From IMG/VR virus record IMGVR_UViG_3300028887_000067, positions 244,246 through 308,245 of that record: a stretch of DNA of 64,000 bases; one strand, written 5' to 3'. Source of the DNA: a virus. Lineage: Duplodnaviria > Caudoviricetes. The position numbers were made by a program, and so were the translations under genes. This document shows, piece after piece, positions 56,800 to 64,000 of this stretch. Below the pieces are notes generated by a model. That model did not search any database. It had not been told where the DNA came from and saw only the letters and a list, made by a program, of their open reading frames with translations. Positions within the stretch are counted from its first letter, which is position 1; each line of letters opens with the position of its first letter.

Positions 56800-57087
56800 A
56801 TGCCGTACGTTCTGAAGAAGGGCGAGAAGACCTACACGGACCTGTTCGGGATGGCCGATTTCCTCTCTTTCGAGGAGGCCGCCGAGTGCAACTACGAGCT
56901 GCTCAACAACGAGTACGAGATAGTACCCTCGGAGAAGACCGAGGCCCAGGTGCTCGCCGAGAGGAAAGCCATTTTCGACCGCCTGAAAGCAGGCGGATCC
57001 CGTAAGCCGGCCGGGGCTCCTCCGGAGTCCCATCCGTCCTGTACCAACCAAGGAGGCACAAAATGTTCAGATTCTTATGCGCGGTGA
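56800..57087 (+). CDS. hypothetical protein whose frame runs through element copy 57011
   Basis: AGGGG RBS; out-of-frame TAA at 57003 just before the element. Confidence 0.5.
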   Translation: MPYVLKKGEKTYTDLFGMADFLSFEEAAECNYELLNNEYEIVPSEKTEAQVLAERKAIFDRLKAGGSRKPAGAPPESHPSCTNQGGTKCSDSYAR

Positions 57088-57311
57088 TCGTGGTCATCTT
57101 CGCTATCCTGTTTTTCCTGTCCACGCCGAGCACACAGAAGACGGTGAAGGACGCGGGAAAGTCCATGGCGTCCGACGTGGCCACTATGGCCGTCGACGCT
57201 GTGGTGGAGTACGCCGAGGCGAGCGCCCGCAAGCTCGTGGCGAAGACCGACGAGGCCCGTGCGGCCGGCGGAAAGACCCTCAGCGAGGCGGGAAAGGTGG
57301 TGTCGAAATGA
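57063..57311 (+). CDS. hypothetical membrane-anchored protein
   Basis: element + RBS; N-terminal TM. Confidence 0.7.
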   Translation: MFRFLCAVIVVIFAILFFLSTPSTQKTVKDAGKSMASDVATMAVDAVVEYAEASARKLVAKTDEARAAGGKTLSEAGKVVSK

Positions 57312-57604
57312 AAGACTACTTCAAGGGCAGTACCACCACACTATCCTCGGCGCGACACGCCGCCGTGTCGGCAATCGCCAGCTTCTTCTGCGCCGAGCGC
57401 GATCGATCGAACCGGCCCGAGGACTGCTCCTACGTCGTGGACTACGGGAGCGGGGCGTTCCAAGTCGCCAGCATCTTCGGGCGCAGCGATTCTCAGTTCT
57501 ACGAGGATATGAACGAGCGACTGCCGAGGAAACTGGCCGGCCGGACAATTTTCGTCGCAGAGATCGGAAACCGCAGGCGCAAGCCCAAGAAGTTCCAGTT
57601 CTGA
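57308..57604 (+). CDS. hypothetical protein
   Basis: ATGA overlap. Confidence 0.65.
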   Translation: MKDYFKGSTTTLSSARHAAVSAIASFFCAERDRSNRPEDCSYVVDYGSGAFQVASIFGRSDSQFYEDMNERLPRKLAGRTIFVAEIGNRRRKPKKFQF

Positions 57605-57656
57605 CCGGGGCTCCTCCGGGAGCCCATTTTTCCTGTACCAACCAACGGAGGCTAAA

Positions 57657-58418
57657 ATGAAACGACTTATTCAGATGGTCGAGATCACGTACAGGCGATT
57701 CACCCTCAATGGCTACTACTCGGACTGGTTTGAACATCTGTCCAACCGGATATACGACCGAATCCACGAGATCCAGAACAATCTCCGCCACAAGTACAAC
57801 GGCCAATCCGTCCTGTTCGATATGGTCGTCAATGACCGCGGCGACCACGACGGCGAGGAGGGTTTCGTCAAGGCGGTGTTCATTGTCCCCGAGGACGAAG
57901 TCAAGGAGTGTATCAACCCCGTCAAGAGCCTCGACAGTAACATAGAGGTCTCGACTGAGCGGCTGAAACAGAAGACGCCTAACAAGAAGATCAAGCCGCT
58001 CAACGAAGGGCAGTTCGTGTGGCTGCGCTACGAGAACACCCTGTACTACGATTTCCCCCGTCTTACCAAGTACGAGCAAGATTTTGTACACGGGCAGGCC
58101 AGGTCCGTCGTCTTCGTGAACAAGACCGGCATAACCCGTTCCACGCTGGCCAAGCTGACCGACTTCGTGGACGCGGATACAAAATTTGTTTCCAGCATAC
58201 GACGCGACGCGGTGCAGGCAGGCGCATCCTATATGCCGATGTCCTACGGCATGACGCTGGAGAGGGCAAAGGCGTTGCTCAGCCTCTGCCGCAGGAACCG
58301 CGACGCCATCCGGTTCACCATAGGCTTCGAAGAGCACAGGTTTTTCCAGCTGGGCCAGAAGACGGCCATTGAGCTCCTTGAGCACGTGGTATCGATCCAT
58401 AAGGCGAAGAAGAAATAG
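57657..58418 (+). CDS. hypothetical protein
   Basis: element + RBS. Confidence 0.75.
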   Translation: MKRLIQMVEITYRRFTLNGYYSDWFEHLSNRIYDRIHEIQNNLRHKYNGQSVLFDMVVNDRGDHDGEEGFVKAVFIVPEDEVKECINPVKSLDSNIEVSTERLKQKTPNKKIKPLNEGQFVWLRYENTLYYDFPRLTKYEQDFVHGQARSVVFVNKTGITRSTLAKLTDFVDADTKFVSSIRRDAVQAGASYMPMSYGMTLERAKALLSLCRRNRDAIRFTIGFEEHRFFQLGQKTAIELLEHVVSIHKAKKK

Positions 58419-58481
58419 CCGCGACGCGCCGGGGCTCCTCCGGGAGCCCATTTCTTCTATACCAACCAAAGGAGATACGGA

Positions 58482-58907
58482 ATGAAATTCTACACGGCAA
58501 TCGGAAACAAGAACGGGAAGCTCGAGTGCGTAGTCCGCACCAAGGGGCGCGACGCCCGCAACGCGTGCGCGGTTCTGGCCAGCGGTCACCTCGGAGAGGG
58601 GGACGCGACGCTGGAGAAGTTCGTCGAGGCGTCCATCGACGGGACCCCGTACAACGACAAGGACACGTACGAGGCCGCCGTGCGCAAGGCCATCCGCCAC
58701 GCCAACCACACCGACTTCTACCTGAAGACGAGCAGGGGCGAGTACAGGACGGCTCTTGACACGCAGAACGTCGACCTGAAGGTGTACCTCGTGCAGGACC
58801 CCGAGCATCCGGGCGTCGTCACCATGTCCGAGAAGGTGCGCGACAACCTGACCATCCAGTACGCAGGCATGAAGAAACGGGCGGTAGTGTCCGAGACCAC
58901 GTTCTAG
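58482..58907 (+). CDS. hypothetical protein
   Basis: element + RBS. Confidence 0.75.
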   Translation: MKFYTAIGNKNGKLECVVRTKGRDARNACAVLASGHLGEGDATLEKFVEASIDGTPYNDKDTYEAAVRKAIRHANHTDFYLKTSRGEYRTALDTQNVDLKVYLVQDPEHPGVVTMSEKVRDNLTIQYAGMKKRAVVSETTF

Positions 58908-58964
58908 TACAGGCCGGGGCTCCTCGGAACCCCCATTTTTTCTGTACCAACCAAAGGAGAACAC

Positions 58965-59453
58965 ATGGCAAAATCTGAAAAACTTTTCGTCGTCGTCGAA
59001 TGGGACGACGGGGCTGACCTGAGCGAAAGCCCGGATATCGCCGGGACGGCTTGCACGACCGAGCAGCTCGCGCTGGCCAGCGCCAACGTAGCAGCCCAGG
59101 AGTACGGGCGGTCGAGCCGATGCAAGTTCGATATCAAGGTCGACCGTGACGACCGGAGAGTGAGCTGCTCCATCCTCGGACAGGCGCACCGCTTCAAGGT
59201 CCGCGAGGTCAAGCTGCCCGCAGGGTACGTGCTCGTGAAGACGGGGGCGACCGGCAAGCCCAAGAAGAAGGACCGGGTCACCGTGATCACCCGTGGATTT
59301 GGGAAGTACTACGACAACGCGGAGGCGGCCATCAAGTTCTACACGGAAGCCGTCCACGGATGCGACCCCCAAAGCTCCGAATGCGCCCGCTACAATACGA
59401 TCCTCGACATGCTCCGGCGCGGTTTCAAAGTTATCCACGCGGATCACGTCTAG
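58965..59453 (+). CDS. hypothetical protein, N-terminal domain shared with 62977-63447
   Basis: element + RBS; H.F.V..V.LP..G...KPKK. Confidence 0.75.
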   Translation: MAKSEKLFVVVEWDDGADLSESPDIAGTACTTEQLALASANVAAQEYGRSSRCKFDIKVDRDDRRVSCSILGQAHRFKVREVKLPAGYVLVKTGATGKPKKKDRVTVITRGFGKYYDNAEAAIKFYTEAVHGCDPQSSECARYNTILDMLRRGFKVIHADHV

Positions 59454-59514
59454 TCCGATGACCGGGGCTCCTCTGGGGCCCCATTCCTTCTGTACCATCC
59501 AAAGGAGTTCGAAC

Positions 59515-59925
59515 ATGAAAGACGAATTGAAGGCAAAACTTATTGCCACCGACGCGAAGAATCCCTTAAAGCTGACCGGCGAAGAAATGGACAAGAGAAT
59601 CCAGGAGGTGTGTACGGCGTGGTACAACCGCCAGTCCAAGTGTGAAGTGGTCGCCTATCCGGCCCACTTCATGCCGAGCTATGGGTACAAGATAAACGGA
59701 TCGCCCATGTTCCCGTTTCAGAGCGTCGTTGTCGTGAACGACGGTTCTGGATGGAAGCACGCCGTCGATATCAACATAAGCACGACCCGTGAGCTCCTTC
59801 CACCGGAGCGCGAGCCGGACGGAAGGATTACTAGGACCCCGCTGTACATGGTGTCTAGTATCTGCTTGGACTTCAACCGAGCTGGCCGTGAAGCTCTCGA
59901 ACCGCGAAGGCCGACTGGCCGATGA
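59515..59925 (+). CDS. hypothetical protein
   Basis: element + RBS. Confidence 0.7.
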   Translation: MKDELKAKLIATDAKNPLKLTGEEMDKRIQEVCTAWYNRQSKCEVVAYPAHFMPSYGYKINGSPMFPFQSVVVVNDGSGWKHAVDINISTTRELLPPEREPDGRITRTPLYMVSSICLDFNRAGREALEPRRPTGR

Positions 59926-59980
59926 TGACCGGGGCTCCTCCGGCGCCCCATCCATCCTGTACCAATCAAGGAGATCAGAC

Positions 59981-60253
59981 ATGGCAAACAAAATGTCAGA
60001 TAAGGAAATTGACAAAAGGGTCGCCCGCATCACCAAGCAGGTCGACCAGTACAACAGTACCCACGACAAGAAGCTGGTGTTCGTCGCCGAGGAACGCACC
60101 CCCGAAAAGGACCAGATGGTCGTGGCCCGCAAATACAAGCTCGGCAGGCGCACTTTCTACTTCTGCGGGTGCCGCACGTTGCCCGAACAGGCCGTGGTGC
60201 CCGGTAAAAAGGGTTACGCCGAGTACCTCGACGAATTTCTCGAAACCCTGTAG
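59981..60253 (+). CDS. hypothetical protein
   Basis: element + RBS. Confidence 0.7.
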   Translation: MANKMSDKEIDKRVARITKQVDQYNSTHDKKLVFVAEERTPEKDQMVVARKYKLGRRTFYFCGCRTLPEQAVVPGKKGYAEYLDEFLETL

Positions 60254-60317
60254 CAACGGTACCGGGGCTCCCCCGGATGCCTATAACCACTATACCAACC
60301 GCAAAGGAGACTAAAGA

Positions 60318-60737
60318 ATGCTGTGGTCAAAGGAAATCAACAAACAGTTTGGAAAGACGATACCCCGCTTCTATAAGAACTGCTGGGCAGTGGCCAAGGA
60401 CGGCTTCTATCTCGGCAAGCCGGTCCACCTCGTCACGATCGCTCTGAAGGCGATCCAGGACGGCGACACTTGTCCGTACTGTGGAGGCAAGGCCGACCCC
60501 AACGAAGTGTCTATGTCCGTGATGTCCACCAATTGGGAGCGCGGCAAGGCACTCCCCCAAGACCCCTATATAGAGGCCAGTTGCCAGTGCGCGAAGTGCA
60601 AGGAGTGGTGGACGGTTCGCCAGCGCGGCACCGAAGTCTGTCTTGACTACTATCCGCCTCGTACCGGCCACGACAGCTACAGTCTGTCCGAAACCGCTCT
60701 GTACGGAGCGTACCGTGGGAAAACTGGCTCGAAGTAG
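60318..60737 (+). CDS. zinc-ribbon hypothetical protein
   Basis: CPYCG...CAKC; element + RBS. Confidence 0.7.
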   Translation: MLWSKEINKQFGKTIPRFYKNCWAVAKDGFYLGKPVHLVTIALKAIQDGDTCPYCGGKADPNEVSMSVMSTNWERGKALPQDPYIEASCQCAKCKEWWTVRQRGTEVCLDYYPPRTGHDSYSLSETALYGAYRGKTGSK

Positions 60738-60787
60738 CCGGGTTTCCCTTGGTTTGCCATAACCACTATACCAACAAGGAGTTAACA

Positions 60788-61198
60788 ATGGCGCACACAC
60801 CATCATGCATTTCCCGAGCTACCCAGAAGGTACTCAACGTGGTCACCACGCATCCTGACGTCACTCAGCTGCTTCAGAAATGGGTTACCAAGCCTTTACT
60901 CGACGGTCTCGCCGACGGGATGTCACTGGGATGCTTCCACTTCGACATGAAGCCGTCAGCGTTCGCATACGCCGGAACACGCCGGGCCAGACTGAAAGCA
61001 ACGGCCAAGCGTGACTTCGACTGTATCCAAGCCGCCTGTAACGGTGGACTGTTCAGACAAGGCAAGTTCTGGATGAAGGTCAGTGCATCGTTCGTACCAG
61101 TTTACGACCCAGTGGTCAAAAAGCCGCAATACCGTTACATTGTGGAGTTCCAGCTTATGTCTGAAAATACACCACAGAACGAGTTCACGGCACGGTAG
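60788..61198 (+). CDS. hypothetical protein
   Basis: element + RBS. Confidence 0.7.
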   Translation: MAHTPSCISRATQKVLNVVTTHPDVTQLLQKWVTKPLLDGLADGMSLGCFHFDMKPSAFAYAGTRRARLKATAKRDFDCIQAACNGGLFRQGKFWMKVSASFVPVYDPVVKKPQYRYIVEFQLMSENTPQNEFTAR

Positions 61199-61272
61199 CC
61201 ATACTGGTTTCGAACCGGCCGGGTCTCCCCGGCCCGGTTATTTTCTCTATACCAACCACAAGGAGTTCAAAA

Positions 61273-61836
61273 ATGAGCGTTAATTCCCACATCCACGAAT
61301 ATGACAGTACCGAAGTCGATAGCTTCCTCTCTGAATGCGGTTGCCGCCTCTCTGATTCCGAGGCCGCCGAGAAGTTCCTCCACGGTATCTACCCCGACGA
61401 CTCCGAACCGGACGACGATTCCGCCTACGATATGGACAAGGGTAAGGACGACCCGGTGTTCAAGATCCGGGTGAACGACAACTCTATGGACGACTACTAC
61501 GAGGAGAACTACCTCAAGATCCACTTGCCGAACCGTGACGCGGCCGATGAACTGGCTGCAATTGTGGGCGGCGATGTCGTCGACGAACCCGAAGGCCAGT
61601 TCTTCATCAGCGGCTGCCACCACTTCGAAGACGGCGACGAGGTAATCCAGGTGCCGACTATCTTCGACAGTCTCGACGACGCTGCCAAGACCGTCCGCGA
61701 TATCGTGAACGAAACGATCACGGAAAGCAATTCGAGCCACGAAAAGGTGACTGCCGAAGATTGTAAGGACGGCTACGAATTGTCGCCGCACGGAGGGGTC
61801 GAAAAACTTTTCCTGAAGATCATCAAGGCGAAGTAA
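61273..61836 (+). CDS. highly acidic hypothetical protein, paralog of 45935-46417
   Basis: element + RBS; D/E-rich. Confidence 0.75.
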   Translation: MSVNSHIHEYDSTEVDSFLSECGCRLSDSEAAEKFLHGIYPDDSEPDDDSAYDMDKGKDDPVFKIRVNDNSMDDYYEENYLKIHLPNRDAADELAAIVGGDVVDEPEGQFFISGCHHFEDGDEVIQVPTIFDSLDDAAKTVRDIVNETITESNSSHEKVTAEDCKDGYELSPHGGVEKLFLKIIKAK

Positions 61837-61902
61837 TGTCTCTGGGTGTCCGGGGCTCCTCCGGAGCCCCATTCTCCCTGTACCAACCACAAGGAGTTAA
61901 AT

Positions 61903-62448
61903 ATGGCCGACGAACTTAAAATTACCCACGAACAGATCTTGGAAATGCCGCTTAGCAAGTACATCGCCAAGCACCCCAAGAAGTTCAAGATCACCGACCC
62001 GCACGACTGGCCGTATATGTTGAGCTTGTCAATCTATAACCCCTATGACAAGAAGTTCCACCACTTGTCCGACATCCGTCAAGGCGACACTGTACACGAT
62101 CAAGGCCGTCCGTACCTCGAAACAAGCTCATACATCTTCTTCGACTGCGAATGGGATGCCAAGATGATATGGACTGACGGACCGCTCAAGAATGGCTGCC
62201 CCGAAACCTATTCTCCCACACGCGCTCTCTTTACCACACGCGGTGTCGATAAGACGTGGTTCGACACTATGACCCCCAAGCAGATTGACGAGATCTATGA
62301 CCGATTCCTCGGCTTCTATAAGAAGGTAGCCGACTGGATCAAGGCGGACAAGGCCAAGCGCAAGGACGATTTCAAGAAGCGCAAGGACGAAGTTATCTTG
62401 GCCGCAAAATCCTTTACCGATATGGCCAAGCACCTTCTCACGAATTGA
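61903..62448 (+). CDS. hypothetical protein; frame stays open after TGA to 62604
   Basis: element + RBS. Confidence 0.7.
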   Translation: MADELKITHEQILEMPLSKYIAKHPKKFKITDPHDWPYMLSLSIYNPYDKKFHHLSDIRQGDTVHDQGRPYLETSSYIFFDCEWDAKMIWTDGPLKNGCPETYSPTRALFTTRGVDKTWFDTMTPKQIDEIYDRFLGFYKKVADWIKADKAKRKDDFKKRKDEVILAAKSFTDMAKHLLTN

Positions 62449-62659
62449 AAAAAGGCCAAGTGTCCCGATGACTACGATTTCCTTCGTGAGATCGATGAAA
62501 ATTGGCGAGCCATCCAGGACGCTAAGAGCAGCTTGGAAACTCTCATCAAGCGCGGAGAACGGCTCAACCCCGCCAAGAAACCCGAAGCTACTGTCCAGCA
62601 GTAGCCGGGCTTCCCCCGGATGCCTATAACCACTATACCAACCAAAAGGAGATACGAAA

Positions 62660-62902
62660 ATGGCTACGACCAATTGGAACGAGCTCGGCGCAAAGGACGC
62701 CGAAAAGGAAACACCCCGCAAGACCGAAGGTTTCCCTGACGAAAGCGCTCAGAACGAATACAACGAAGGTTTCAACAACAAGTGGTGGGAAAAGGGTAAC
62801 GACGACGCACGTGCCAGCCGCGAGCAACGCACCGACCTTCCCAAAGACGACGCCCAGCTGGTCATCCACTACAGCGACGGCTACCAAGACGGCGAATACT
62901 AG
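62660..62902 (+). CDS. acidic hypothetical protein
   Basis: element + RBS; Y..GF/W..G/Y..GY helical repeats. Confidence 0.7.
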   Translation: MATTNWNELGAKDAEKETPRKTEGFPDESAQNEYNEGFNNKWWEKGNDDARASREQRTDLPKDDAQLVIHYSDGYQDGEY

Positions 62903-62976
62903 GCCGCTGTCTGGACCGGACCGGGCCTCCCTGGCCCGGATATCATCTCTATACCAACCAACATCAAGGAGCGGAT

Positions 62977-63447
62977 ATGCAGAAACAAGTTTGGGTCATC
63001 GTCGAGAACGACGACCGCGAAGCGACTGAAGTCACCGTGCACAAGCAGTCGATTGAAGAGTACGACAAGGCGTTCGGTAAAGCGATGAGCCTTGCGCTCA
63101 AGTACCGCGCCGACATGCCGGGCGCTTCCGAGATAACCCACAACAAAGACGATGGTAAAGTCCACGTCGAGGTGGCTGGACTGTACCACCACTTCACGGT
63201 ACACGCGGTCAACTTGCCCCCGGCCGGCAAGGACAAGCCGAAAAAGAACCTTTTCAAGAAAGGCGATGAAGTATGGGTCAGCGGTTACATTTCCACTGAA
63301 GACTACAACTGCCGTGTAGATTCGCAGGGGGTCGTCGAGGCTGACCAGAAAACGGTTCGCTCGAAGGTCTTGGTGACTATCGACTATATCGACGGCGACC
63401 ACAAGGCGTGCCTCTCCGTGGATCCCAAGCTACTCTCCCTCAAGTAG
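62977..63447 (+). CDS. hypothetical protein, N-terminal domain shared with 58965-59453
   Basis: element + RBS. Confidence 0.75.
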   Translation: MQKQVWVIVENDDREATEVTVHKQSIEEYDKAFGKAMSLALKYRADMPGASEITHNKDDGKVHVEVAGLYHHFTVHAVNLPPAGKDKPKKNLFKKGDEVWVSGYISTEDYNCRVDSQGVVEADQKTVRSKVLVTIDYIDGDHKACLSVDPKLLSLK

Positions 63448-63527
63448 ACTGGTCCAACGATACCGGGTCTCCACGGCCCGGATATCATCGCTATACCAAC
63501 CAACAACCAACCAAAAGGAGTCAAGAA

Positions 63528-63848
63528 ATGAAAATCGTAGAAATCAAGACAGTTGACGAATGCTGCAACGGCTATGTCGACTACAATGTTCAGGCAAAGG
63601 ACGTTGACAATATCGACAGCGCGTCTGCCACCCTTACCGAAATGGTTCAGGCCCAGCTCGATAAGCACGAAATCACCATTCCGCCCGTCGCCGACGGCAA
63701 GGAGTACAGTATCGACGGCGAAGACGAAGTCGATGAAGAAAACATGCTTCGTGTTGACCCTCTGAACAACACCAGCGCCACGGAACCCGTCGCCGTACTG
63801 AACATCTCCGAAAGCAACACCTCGGTCAAATGGTTCCTCGTGGACTAA
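63528..63848 (+). CDS. acidic hypothetical protein
   Basis: element + RBS. Confidence 0.7.
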   Translation: MKIVEIKTVDECCNGYVDYNVQAKDVDNIDSASATLTEMVQAQLDKHEITIPPVADGKEYSIDGEDEVDEENMLRVDPLNNTSATEPVAVLNISESNTSVKWFLVD

Positions 63849-63860
63849 AGGAGTGTGGAA

Positions 63861-64000
63861 ATGAAGACCAACAAACTCACCGACGCAATCATTCGAGGCT
63901 CTTGTGCTGTCCGCCGTGTCGAAGGCGGTATGGACGGCTCCGAAAACCTCGCCGTTCAGATTACCCCCAAGGGTCGCGAATTCCCGACCACCATCGACCT
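63861..64000 (+). CDS. hypothetical protein (3' truncated by window)
   Basis: AAGGAG RBS, open to window end. Confidence 0.6.
   Translation, partial: MKTNKLTDAIIRGSCAVRRVEGGMDGSENLAVQITPKGREFPTTID

Larger units (their letters stand above)
36810..63530 (+). repeat. Dispersed intergenic promoter/stem-loop element, 43 copies, one ahead of most array genes
   Basis: Consensus CCGGGGCTCCTCCGG-N5-CAT-N6-TRTAC..AAGGAG. Starts: 36826,37135,38447,38923,40293,41147,41648,42614,43356,43896,44743,45383,46434,47020,47641,48244,49144,49642,50339,50648,50977,51143,52384,53054,53244,53707,54147,54779,55569,56240,57011,57605,58429,58914,59462,59929,60262,60738,61219,61850,62605,62921,63463. Confidence 0.95.

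Noticed and set aside
36826-63500. CCGGGG repeats as a CRISPR array
   Set aside because: Intervening sequences are 0.1-1.4 kb protein-coding genes, repeats are degenerate, and no cas genes are present
36826-63500. Classical integron attC sites
   Set aside because: No RYYYAAC/GTTRRRY boxes and no IntI in the window; the element carries promoter-like fixed spacing and an RBS
1-64000. tRNA/rRNA genes and alternative genetic code
   Set aside because: No cloverleaf or rRNA-like sequence recognised; all three stop codons end genes normally, with only one isolated in-frame TGA

Overview
64 kb that looks like part of a large lytic (possibly jumbo) phage genome; no capsid, terminase, polymerase, tRNA or CRISPR is visible. 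There are two distinct halves. (1) 1-36.4 kb is an auxiliary-metabolism/accessory region driven by sigma70-like promoters with a conserved TGCTATATTT extended -10 box. It carries NAD salvage genes (pnuC, pncB, NadD-like+Nudix fusion, pncA), a nucleoside deoxyribosyltransferase, two NMP-kinase-like genes, two metallophosphoesterases, a macrodomain, tRNA-end enzymes (Thg1-like, CCA-adding), coaD/coaE, a candidate ArfA/BrfA-like peptide with an internal terminator, two tnpB genes, a low-GC family of membrane-anchored paralogs and four DUF5758-type paralogs. (2) After a skewed, repeat-containing non-coding boundary at 36.4-36.8 kb, the rest of the window is a co-oriented array of about 55 mostly unknown small genes (recognisable: ArdC, DUF2958, YopX-like, SpoVG). 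43 of them are preceded by the same element, CCGGGGCTCCTCCGG-N5-CAT-N6-TRTAC-(A/C-rich)-AAGGAG-ATG. It has fixed internal spacing, a conserved stem-loop and often starts right after the previous stop codon. This 'one element per gene' cassette array is the most striking system here. Coordinates and motif counts were done by eye; family calls come from remembered motifs, not database searches.
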